A stretch of DNA of 64,000 nt, from positions 1,568,001 to 1,632,000 of the forward strand of contig CBDDPY010000002.1 of assembly GCA_965232515.1 (NCBI GenBank), in the 5' to 3' direction. The notes beneath the pieces are model-generated. The model had not been told where the DNA came from. It saw nothing but the letters and a program-made list of their open reading frames with translations, and searched no databases. Source of the DNA: Alphaproteobacteria bacterium (lineage in GTDB: Bacteria; Pseudomonadota; Alphaproteobacteria; GCA-2731375). Position 1 is the stretch's first letter, and each line of letters starts with the position of its first letter. Both the position numbers and the translations under genes were made by a program. Positions 1 through 7,996 of the stretch are shown here, piece by piece.

Positions 1-526
1 GGCCCGCGCGGCGCAGATGCGCGTTCAACTGGATGATGAAGTTGAAGATGTTGAGGTCGTGGCGCAGGAAGACGTCGTCGGCGAGATCGTCGATGCGGCA
101 CGGGCGCAGCGGCACGGTCTCGGCCGTGAAGCCGGGCACGTTGTCGGCGATAAAGGCCAGGATCTCCGTGCCGATATGGAAGTGGCGCAGGATCAGGTAG
201 TTGGCTTCCGCGCAGACGAAGTTGCGCAGGCCCCAGCAGATCAGCCGGTGCAGCCGGCGCGAGGAATGCAGGCGGTCTGGGACGCAGATCCGGATCACCG
301 TGTTGAGCACGATGAAGGTCCGCGCGGCCGGCCGCATGAACGGCAGCAGCGCCGCGCGCGACCGCCGCCGCATGCCGCGCAGCAACGCGGCCTTGGCGGA
401 ATCGTGGATCGCGACGCTGCCGTCGAGATAGAAGGCGAGCCAGGGATCGGGATCGTCGCGGTCGACATTCGTCGGGTCGAAATCGGCCGGAAACGCGCCG
501 ACGTTGTCGCGCCGGTCGGGTGTCAT
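1..526 (-). CDS. Uncharacterised protein, 3'-truncated by the window edge (resembles DUF6999-type proteins, from memory)
   Basis: Not in the ORF track because it runs off the edge. Manual translation from ATG at 526: MTPDRRDNVGAFPADFDPTNVDRDDPDPWLAFYLD...ANYLILRHFHIGTEILAFIADN...FLRHDLNIFNFII. Open to position 1, high GC3, 14 bp after the stop of the upstream gene. Confidence 0.8.
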   Translation of the reverse strand, partial: MTPDRRDNVGAFPADFDPTNVDRDDPDPWLAFYLDGSVAIHDSAKAALLRGMRRRSRAALLPFMRPAARTFIVLNTVIRICVPDRLHSSRRLHRLICWGLRNFVCAEANYLILRHFHIGTEILAFIADNVPGFTAETVPLRPCRIDDLADDVFLRHDLNIFNFIIQLNAHLRRAG

Positions 527-540
527 GGTCTTGAGCTCGC

Positions 541-2385
541 TCATATGTTGCCGATCTCCTCGAGCTGCAGGCGGTAGAGCCGCGCCGTGACCTTGGCGGT
601 CTTGACGATGTCCTTGACGACTTGCGGTGTCAGCATGTCGCTGTCGAAGGCGTCCCACATCTTGGCGAGATGGTCCTCGTCGTTCTCGCCGTGATAGAGC
701 ATGAAGCTGACCTGATCCGACGTGAGGCCGAGCTGTTGCTGGCAGGCGCGGCCCCATCTGAGTGCCATGCGGTTGCCGAGGCCTTCGATCACGAACATCG
801 CGCCGAGCAGATCGATGGGGTTCTCGCGGCTCGCCCGGTGGAACATCCAGGCGGACAGCGCTTCCGAGCCGATGTTCTTGTCGGCGCACTGGATGTCCTC
901 AAGCCGGCCGCCGACCGCCACGTAGTTCCGCTCCAGCATCTGGAAGTCGCGGTGTTCTTCGTGGGCGTGGCCGAGGAAGGTTGAGCGCAGGTCGAAGGCG
1001 TCGACGGTGATGCTGGAGGCGGCCCGCGCGATCCAGCGCGCGCCCTCCATGACCTGCTGGCGCAGGTTGAGCAGGATCAGGCGGTAATCCTCGAGGCGCA
1101 GCTTGCCGCGGTTCAGCTTGTCGATGATCGGCACGGTGTTGAGGTCGGCCTCGAACTCGGCCCAGACCTGCGTCAGTTGCCGATAGAGCGACGTCTTGAG
1201 ATCGTCGGTCACGGGTACGGCCAGGGTTGGCGGCGGCTGGTCGGCCTCGACCGGGTGGCTCTTCGTCCGCTCACCGACCACGGTAAGCAACATCATCGAG
1301 ACGATGAAGCGGCCGCTTTCGGGCACGACGCAGAGGACCTGCTGACCCGGCGCGAGCGGACCCTCGTTGAACAGCTCCTCCAGCATGATGAAGATCGACG
1401 CCGAACCGGTGTTGCCCTTGCGCGCCAGGTTCGTGAACAGGCGGTTCTCGTCGATGGGACAGCCGGCGCGTTCGGCGGCTTCGAGCATTTTTCCGCGGAA
1501 GACGTTGGACGAGAAATGATAGAGCGCCCAGTCGACCGCCCGCGGGTCGATGCGCCCGGCCTCGACATGGTCGAAGTAGCGCTCGATGCCGAGCAGCACG
1601 ATGTTGTCCAGGAGCTTCAGGTCCTGGCGCAGGTGGAAGGCGCCGTCGGCGACCGCTTCCGACAGCGTCGGATAGTTGCTCCACGGCAGCGCCATGCCGC
1701 CGTCGTCGCATTTGCGCGCGCCGCCATACATGCAGGTGTCGAGCCGGTCGGCGTAGGAAATGAGATCCACGAACTCGACCTTCAGCGACAGGCCGCGTTC
1801 GTTCGGGCGGTCCTCCATGACCAGCGCGCCGGCGCCGTCCGACAGCATCCAACGCAGGAACTCGGCGTCCATGCTGGTCTTGCGGTCCTCGAAATAGCCG
1901 GCGCGCAGGAAGCGGCTGGCGAATTCCGAGGCGCAGACGATGCCGTTCTGCTTGTCGCCCGAGACGATGTTCGACCAGGCCGATTTCATGGCCATCATGC
2001 CGCTGGCGCAGAAGCTGCCGAAGCTGGCGACTTCGGTCGCCGGCAGGCCGAGCTCGCCATGCACCATGCTGGCGAAGCCGGGCGCCATCAGGTCGCCCTG
2101 CGAGGCGGCGGCGGCGAGGAAGCCGACGCGGTCGGGCGACAGCTCGCTGCGAGCGAGCGCGTCGCGGACGGCTGATGCGGCCATCTCGGCGTTGGTATGG
2201 CGGGGGCGCCCGTCCCGTCCCAGCGCGTAATGGCGCGTCTCGATGCCGTTCAGCTTCAGCGCCTCGTCCTTGAAGCGCCGCTGCCGGCGGTCGAGGGGGC
2301 CGAGATAGGCTTCCATCTCGTCGTTGCCAACGGGATCGCCGGGCAGGAACTTGCCGACCGCGTTGATGTAAGCCGTGCGTGCCAT
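541..2385 (-). CDS. KAS III (FabH/DarB/StlD-like) ketosynthase fused to a C-terminal heme-oxygenase-like diiron (iron-containing redox enzyme) domain
   Basis: Cys-His-Asn triad in SFCASG, YHFSS and GNTGSAS, plus LSDGAGA and PESGRF. The C-terminal ~220 aa helical domain has HAHEEHRD, MFVIEG and HGENDEDH. Confidence 0.85.
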   Translation of the reverse strand: MARTAYINAVGKFLPGDPVGNDEMEAYLGPLDRRQRRFKDEALKLNGIETRHYALGRDGRPRHTNAEMAASAVRDALARSELSPDRVGFLAAAASQGDLMAPGFASMVHGELGLPATEVASFGSFCASGMMAMKSAWSNIVSGDKQNGIVCASEFASRFLRAGYFEDRKTSMDAEFLRWMLSDGAGALVMEDRPNERGLSLKVEFVDLISYADRLDTCMYGGARKCDDGGMALPWSNYPTLSEAVADGAFHLRQDLKLLDNIVLLGIERYFDHVEAGRIDPRAVDWALYHFSSNVFRGKMLEAAERAGCPIDENRLFTNLARKGNTGSASIFIMLEELFNEGPLAPGQQVLCVVPESGRFIVSMMLLTVVGERTKSHPVEADQPPPTLAVPVTDDLKTSLYRQLTQVWAEFEADLNTVPIIDKLNRGKLRLEDYRLILLNLRQQVMEGARWIARAASSITVDAFDLRSTFLGHAHEEHRDFQMLERNYVAVGGRLEDIQCADKNIGSEALSAWMFHRASRENPIDLLGAMFVIEGLGNRMALRWGRACQQQLGLTSDQVSFMLYHGENDEDHLAKMWDAFDSDMLTPQVVKDIVKTAKVTARLYRLQLEEIGNI

Positions 2386-2460
2386 GTTCGGATCCTTTGC
2401 TGCCCAACGGCGCGCCGTCGCCGGCGATCGCCAAGGTTGCAGAGCGGTGTTGCGTGGGCG

Positions 2461-3348
2461 TTAACGGAAGCGGCCGGTCTCGAGAAACGAGAGGGTCGCG
2501 GCAATGGTCTCGGGCGCATCGGCGATGAAGGTGTGGATCGCCGGCACCACCAGGAAATCGCGCGCCGCGTCGAGGCGGGTCTCGTCGACGGTGACGATGC
2601 CGTCGTTGTCGCCCTCGAGCGCCGGGTTGAAACCGGTGCGGTCGCCGCGGCCGCCGGCGATGACGCCAATCTCGAAATCGGCCGGCGGCGCGGCGAAGCG
2701 GCTGCCGTCGGCGAGCTGGCCCGCGGTCGGACCGCCGATGGCGTTGAACAGGGCCCAGTCCTCGAGCGCGGCGGCCAGCGCCGAGCCGCGGTTCGGTGGG
2801 GCCAGCATGACCGCGCGGCCGAGCGCGATCCGGTCCCGCCAGTCGGCGTCGCCGGCGACCGCCTGGCGTAGAACGATGCCGCCCAGGCTGTGGGTAACGA
2901 AGGAGACCCGCTCGACATCCTCCAGGCCGTCGAGGACGGCGGTCAGGTGGCGGGCATGGCCGGCGATATCCCGGGTCAGGCTGGGATAGGCGAGCGCGAT
3001 TGTCTCGTAGCCGGCTTCGCGCAGCGCCGGCTCCATGGTGGCGAAGAGGCGCGGCGACCGGCCCATGCCATGCAGCAGGACGACGACGTGGCCGCTCTCG
3101 GGCCGGAGCCCCTCGTCCGCGCGAAGCCGCTGGAGCTCAGCGGCGCATTCGGCGCCGTCGCCGAAGTGTCGGACCGCGCCCGCCGGATCGACCAGCTGGC
3201 ACCAGCCGCCGATCACATGCGCCCGCACCTGCCAGCCGGCATAAGCCGTGCGGCCTTCCCAGAGCTGGGTCCGGTCGAGCTGCACGGCGAGGGCGGCGAG
3301 CGCGATCAGGACGATGGGGAGCACGATCGAGAGGTGGCGGCGGGCCAT
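2461..3348 (-). CDS. Alpha/beta hydrolase (lipase/esterase-like) with N-terminal membrane anchor
   Basis: LLHGMGR oxyanion loop, THSLGG nucleophile elbow, APPNRGS, NDGIV and HTFI. Start placed at MARRHLSIVL. Confidence 0.85.
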   Translation of the reverse strand: MARRHLSIVLPIVLIALAALAVQLDRTQLWEGRTAYAGWQVRAHVIGGWCQLVDPAGAVRHFGDGAECAAELQRLRADEGLRPESGHVVVLLHGMGRSPRLFATMEPALREAGYETIALAYPSLTRDIAGHARHLTAVLDGLEDVERVSFVTHSLGGIVLRQAVAGDADWRDRIALGRAVMLAPPNRGSALAAALEDWALFNAIGGPTAGQLADGSRFAAPPADFEIGVIAGGRGDRTGFNPALEGDNDGIVTVDETRLDAARDFLVVPAIHTFIADAPETIAATLSFLETGRFR

Positions 3349-3468
3349 GGGGTTGTTTCCGTTCGGATGAGGCGGGCGATTGCCGTTGGATCTATATGTG
3401 GGCGTTAATGAATGTTGTTCAAGAATGAATTTCGACACGGCCGGCCAGTCTTCAAATGCGCCAGGGTC

Positions 3469-3597
3469 TGGATTGCCGGGTCAAGCCCGGCAACGACGAA
3501 TTGGTTGCGATTTCAATATCTTATACGTCATGCCGGCGAAGGCCGGCAGCCAGGACACCGGCCGTGCCAATGGACCCTGGCCTGCGCCAGGCTGACG
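3469..3597. repeat. Cluster of three CGTC-type REP palindromes
   Basis: TGGATTGCCGGGTCAAGCCCGGCAACGACG (3469-3498), CGTCATGCCGGCGAAGGCCGGCAGCCA (3526-3552) and TGGACCCTGGCCTGCGCCAGGCTGACG (3571-3597): short hairpins tagged with CGTC/GACG. Confidence 0.75.
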
Positions 3598-3621
3598 GAA
3601 AAGCGGTTCGGCTCCCCTGCC

Positions 3622-4650
3622 CTAGTCGCCCTGGGCGATGCGTTTGGCGAGGTCGAAGAAGGCGCGTTTGCGGGGAGAGCCGATGGTCCAGTCGACGGGC
3701 ACGCTCTGAAACCCGCACTCCGGGCCCTCGCCCTCCAGGCGGTAGTCGAAGAGACCCCAGGAGGCGTATTCGCCGACGGCGGCGAGGAAGTTGTTGTCGG
3801 GCCGGTCGAAGCCGAAATGGTCGTCCTCGTTGAACAGGATCGGCATGGGCCGATAGCCCTCGACCTGCCGCGTCTGCCGCACGATGTCGCGGATGCGGTC
3901 GGGATCGTCGATATGGTTGCCGTGCAGCAGGATGAAGTCGCTGGCCGCGACCACCTTGGCGCCGGGCACGGTGCCGCCGCCGTAACTGGTGCCGACGAGC
4001 AGGCGCGCGCCGTCCTTCGTGCGGGCCTTGGCCTGTTCGATCAGCGCATGCACGCCGTCCGGCATCAGCAGCGGCTGCTGGTAGCGGACGTCGCACTCGT
4101 TGTTGATCTCCATGAGCACGTTGCCGTAGCCGCCGGCCAGCACCCAGTCGACGGCGTTGTCGACCCCGCGCCGGATCGCCGCCTCGTCGCGCAAGTTCTG
4201 TTCCTGTCCGAAATAGAACAGGCCCAGGATCACCACGATGCCGATCTCGTCGGCGGCGTCGAGGATGCGCGCGAGGCGCGCCATGTAATCGTCCCGTAGC
4301 CCGCCGTCGGGATCGATGGCGGAATTGATCCAGGGCTGCGCCTTGGAATAGCCGTAGGGGCTGCCGCCCTGCAGGTTGACGGTGACCGCGAGAATGCCGT
4401 GGTCGCGCCAGGACGGCATCGCGGCGATGAATTCCGATGTGTTGCGCTCGGCATCCCATTGGCCTGTATCCGGATAGGCCCAGCGGTCGCGCGTCTCGGG
4501 GTTCAGGTCGTCGAAGATGCCCTGCACCATGCGCGTGTTGAGCAGCAGTCCCTCGACCCGCCCGCCTCGCCAGGTGGCGCCTTCATAGGTGACCCGACCG
4601 TTGATGAAGAACTGATCGCCGCGGATCTCGACACGCGTCTTCGCCGCCAT
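3622..4650 (-). CDS. Uncharacterised TIM-barrel protein, glycoside hydrolase clan GH-A-like
   Basis: 342 aa with MEINNECD (Asn-Glu acid/base-like motif) and PILFNED (nucleophile-like); no signal peptide. Confidence 0.6.
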   Translation of the reverse strand: MAAKTRVEIRGDQFFINGRVTYEGATWRGGRVEGLLLNTRMVQGIFDDLNPETRDRWAYPDTGQWDAERNTSEFIAAMPSWRDHGILAVTVNLQGGSPYGYSKAQPWINSAIDPDGGLRDDYMARLARILDAADEIGIVVILGLFYFGQEQNLRDEAAIRRGVDNAVDWVLAGGYGNVLMEINNECDVRYQQPLLMPDGVHALIEQAKARTKDGARLLVGTSYGGGTVPGAKVVAASDFILLHGNHIDDPDRIRDIVRQTRQVEGYRPMPILFNEDDHFGFDRPDNNFLAAVGEYASWGLFDYRLEGEGPECGFQSVPVDWTIGSPRKRAFFDLAKRIAQGD

Positions 4651-4709
4651 GGGTTCGACCCCCTTACGTCGCCCGGTGGACCTCGCGTGCAGTATAGACG
4701 CTTCCCGCT

Positions 4710-4732
4710 CCGTCGGCGCGCGTCGCCGACGG
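4710..4732 (-). terminator. GC hairpin downstream of the btu operon
   Basis: CCGTCGGCG-cgcgt-CGCCGACGG; no clear U tract. Confidence 0.35.
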
Positions 4733-4764
4733 CGGGCGTCAGGCCAAAGCCACCCGCATCGACA

Positions 4765-5565
4765 TCACGTGGGCGCGGGACGCGTGTCCGGGTCACTACG
4801 CGCCAGCGGCACGACGATTGCGCTGCCGTCTGCTCGCCCATGGTAGGCGCGGATGCCGTAGCAGCGGGCCAGGATGTCGGGGACGAGCACGGTCTCGGGC
4901 GGTCCCTCGATCTCGATCCGCCCGTCGTGCAACAGCGCCAGGCGGTCGCAATAGCGGGCGGCCAACGTCAGGTCATGCATGACCGCGACCACGCACGTGC
5001 CGGCGGCGGCGCGTGCGCGCAGTGTCGCCATGACGTCGAGTTGGTGCGCCGGATCGAGCCCCGCGACCGGCTCGTCCGCAAGCAGGAGTTTCGGCTCGCC
5101 GGCGAGCGCGCGGGCCAGCAGGACGCGCGAGCGTTCGCCGCCCGAGAGCCGGTTCATGGGCCGATGCCGAAACCGCGCGACATCGCAGACGTCGAGCGCC
5201 CGCGCCACCGCCCCGCGATCCGCCGCCGACGGCGCGTCCCAAAGACCGCGATGCGGCAACCGACCGAGCATGACGAGCGTCTCGACGGTCACCGCCCAAT
5301 GGTGCTCGCCGCCCTGCGGCAGATAGGCGACGGTGCGCGCGCGTTCCCGCCGACCTGTGCGGGACAAAGGCCGGCCGGCGATACGGATCTCGCCGCCGTC
5401 CAACGGCAGCAGGCCCGCCAGGGCGCGCAACAGCGTCGTCTTGCCGGCGCCGTTGGGGCCGATCAGTCCGACGACCTCGCCCGACCCGACTTGCAGATCG
5501 ACGCCGGCGAGGATGAGGGTGTCGCCGAGCGAGACGGACACGGCCTTCGTCATCAACAGCGTCAT
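4765..5565 (-). CDS. btuD: Cobalamin/Fe-chelate ABC transporter ATP-binding subunit
   Basis: GPNGAGKT, LSGGE, LLADEP, MHDL. Start ATG overlaps the permease stop (ATGA). Confidence 0.88.
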   Translation of the reverse strand: MTLLMTKAVSVSLGDTLILAGVDLQVGSGEVVGLIGPNGAGKTTLLRALAGLLPLDGGEIRIAGRPLSRTGRRERARTVAYLPQGGEHHWAVTVETLVMLGRLPHRGLWDAPSAADRGAVARALDVCDVARFRHRPMNRLSGGERSRVLLARALAGEPKLLLADEPVAGLDPAHQLDVMATLRARAAAGTCVVAVMHDLTLAARYCDRLALLHDGRIEIEGPPETVLVPDILARCYGIRAYHGRADGSAIVVPLARSDPDTRPAPT

Positions 5566-6584
5566 GACAGCGTCCGCCGGTAGCGCAGGACGAGCAACAG
5601 GAAGAACGGCGCGCCGACAAGCGCGGTCAGCACGCCGAGCTGGAGCTCGCGGCCGGGCGACAGCAACCGCACGGCGATGTCTGCGGCGAGCGTCAGCACG
5701 GCGCCGCCGAGCGCGCTCGCCGGCAGCAGGGCGCCCGGCCGATGGCCGACCAGCGGGCGCAGCAGATGGGGCACGACCAGACCGACAAAGCCGATGGCGC
5801 CGGCGACGGAGGTCGCGGCACCGACGGCGAGCGCGGTGCCGAGCACGATCCGGCGCCGGACGGCGCGCAGTCCGACGCCAAGCGTGCGGGCGGCGTCCTC
5901 GCCGAGGGTCAGCGCATCCAGCGCCCGGCCCGACGTCGCCAGCAGCAGCCAGCCCAGCAGCATGAACGGCAACGACAGCCACACATGCTCGAAGCTACGG
6001 TCGGCGAGCGAGCCCATCAGCCAGAACATGATCTCAAGCGCGGCGAACGGATTGGGCGCGAGGTTGAGCGTCAGCGACGTGAGTGCGGCGGCGAAGCTGG
6101 TGACGGCGATACCGGCGAGGATCAGCGTCAAGGCGCCGCCGCCCCGCCCGGCCAGCATCTGAACGACGAGCACGCCGAGACCGGCGCCGGCCATGCCGCC
6201 GAGCGGCAGCGCCAGCGCGAACAGACCGGCAAGCCCGGTGTGGAAGGCCAGAACGGCGCCGAGGGAGGCCGAGGCCGACACGCCGATCAGGCCCGGCTCG
6301 GCCAACGGATTACGCAAGAACCCCTGCAAGGCGGCGCCGGCGAGACCGAGCGTGGCGCCGATCGTCAGCGCCAGCAGGGCGCGCGGCAAGCGGATTTCCC
6401 AGAGGATCAGCGCGGCGGTCCCGGCGTCGCCCGTCAGCAGAGACGCCGGAATCTCCGACAGACCGATTGCCGCCGGGCCGATCAGCAGCGAGGCCAGGAA
6501 CGTGAGCAGCGCAGCCAGGATCAGCAGTGGCAACAGCAGACGCTCGATCATGGACGTCCGCGATGGCGCCGCGGCGACCGTCAT
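5562..6584 (-). CDS. btuC: FecCD/BtuC-family ABC permease
   Basis: EIRLPR, RNPLAEPG and GAIGFVGLVVPH motifs; B12 riboswitch context. Confidence 0.9.
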   Translation of the reverse strand: MTVAAAPSRTSMIERLLLPLLILAALLTFLASLLIGPAAIGLSEIPASLLTGDAGTAALILWEIRLPRALLALTIGATLGLAGAALQGFLRNPLAEPGLIGVSASASLGAVLAFHTGLAGLFALALPLGGMAGAGLGVLVVQMLAGRGGGALTLILAGIAVTSFAAALTSLTLNLAPNPFAALEIMFWLMGSLADRSFEHVWLSLPFMLLGWLLLATSGRALDALTLGEDAARTLGVGLRAVRRRIVLGTALAVGAATSVAGAIGFVGLVVPHLLRPLVGHRPGALLPASALGGAVLTLAADIAVRLLSPGRELQLGVLTALVGAPFFLLLVLRYRRTLS

Positions 6585-7393
6585 CGGCTTGCCGCCTCGG
6601 ACAGACGCGCGATGGCTTCGGCGACGAAGGGCGTGCCGCAGACCCAGAACCGGTCGGGCACCCGCACGACCGGCTTCTCGGCGAACGCGCGGCGCAGGGC
6701 GGGATGGCGAAACGCTTCGTTAGCACGGGCCGGGCTGTCATAGACCCGCCCCATGATCAGAATCTCGGGTGCGGCCGCCAGCAGGGTTTCGAGCGGCAGC
6801 TGGCCGGTGCCGGCGATCCCGAGCGCGTCGGCGAGATTGCGAAACCCCGCCGCGGCGACAATGGCGCTGGCAAGCGTGCCCCGCCCCGAGGTCCAGCCGT
6901 TCGCCCAATAGAGCGCGGCGAGCGGGCGGCGGTGCGTCACCGACGCATGGCGGTCGAGACGTGCGTCGAAATCGGCGATCAACTGGTCGCCCCGCGCGGC
7001 CTCGCCAACCGCCGACGCGACACGACGGACGTTCGTGCGGATGTCGTCGAGCCCGTTGGCGACCGGCACGTCGAGAACCGGATAGCCGAGCTTGCGCAGC
7101 AGGAACACGGTCGGTCGGGTCGTGAAGGCCCCGGCGACGACGAGGTCGGGTCGCAGCGGCAGGACCTCCTCGGCCAGGCCATGGTTCAGATGCAGACCGT
7201 TCGCTTTCTCGGCCAAAACCGACGACCGCGGATCGGCGGCGAGATAGCTGACCGAGGCAATGCGTTCACGGTCCGCCAGCAGCATCACAAGCTGGTCGGT
7301 GCACAGGTTCATCGAGACGATGCGCGCCGGCCGATCCGCCGCCGCCGTCGCCGGCAGCAGCAGCAACAGCGTCAGAAGCCTAATGACTGCCAC
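6581..7393 (-). CDS. btuF: Cobalamin-type periplasmic binding protein
   Basis: Signal peptide, then RIVSMNLCTDQL and a C-terminal WVCGTP. GTG start at 7393 overlaps the upstream stop. Confidence 0.85.
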   Translation of the reverse strand: MAVIRLLTLLLLLPATAAADRPARIVSMNLCTDQLVMLLADRERIASVSYLAADPRSSVLAEKANGLHLNHGLAEEVLPLRPDLVVAGAFTTRPTVFLLRKLGYPVLDVPVANGLDDIRTNVRRVASAVGEAARGDQLIADFDARLDRHASVTHRRPLAALYWANGWTSGRGTLASAIVAAAGFRNLADALGIAGTGQLPLETLLAAAPEILIMGRVYDSPARANEAFRHPALRRAFAEKPVVRVPDRFWVCGTPFVAEAIARLSEAASR

Positions 7394-7979
7394 CGAAGCC
7401 CTTGCCCTCTTCGTCGAGCGCCTCCGGTTCGCGGCCGAGCCAGGTCCGGGCGACGGCACGCCAGACCGAGAGACGGCTGAAGTCCGGGACGTCGGCGATA
7501 AGGTCGTCGTCGGTCAGGAACGGATTGGGGAAGAACACCGAGATCATCGGCTCGTCCTTGCCGTTCCACATCTCGAAGCCCCAGCTCAACGGCTTGCCGT
7601 CGCGGCCGAAGCCGCGAAAGATCTGGGCCTTCGACGGTTTGCGGTGCGCCCGCAGCACCGGCGGCGTCGGGTTCGATTTCGAGCCCATGTTCTCGCCGAT
7701 GCAGAGATGGAAATGCCCGCCGCCGCCGAAATGCACCGTCAGATAACCGTCGAACAGCGTGATCTTGCGCGGCGCGGACGGGCAGCGGAACTCGTAGGCC
7801 GCGCCCTGGATCAGCGGACCGAACACCAGCCCCCGCCAATGCTTCTCGAACAGCTCGCGCAGGAACGGTTCGAGAAACGCTTCTTCGGCCGGCAGCGGCC
7901 AGACCTCGCGGGTTCGACGCCCCTCGGCGTCACGGACGGTTTCAGGTTCACTGTCGATCCGCCAGTTGGCCGCTGTCAT
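7380..7979 (-). CDS. Uncharacterised cytoplasmic protein inside the btu operon (possible HutX/ChuX/HemS-like fold)
   Basis: 199 aa from ATG at 7979 with a GAGGGAAGG RBS. Motifs FGPLIQGAAYE, DGYLT, HFHLCIG, SWGFEMWNG and FPNPFL. Confidence 0.8.
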   Translation of the reverse strand: MTAANWRIDSEPETVRDAEGRRTREVWPLPAEEAFLEPFLRELFEKHWRGLVFGPLIQGAAYEFRCPSAPRKITLFDGYLTVHFGGGGHFHLCIGENMGSKSNPTPPVLRAHRKPSKAQIFRGFGRDGKPLSWGFEMWNGKDEPMISVFFPNPFLTDDDLIADVPDFSRLSVWRAVARTWLGREPEALDEEGKGFGGSH

Positions 7980-7996
7980 GTCCGAGACCTTCCCTC

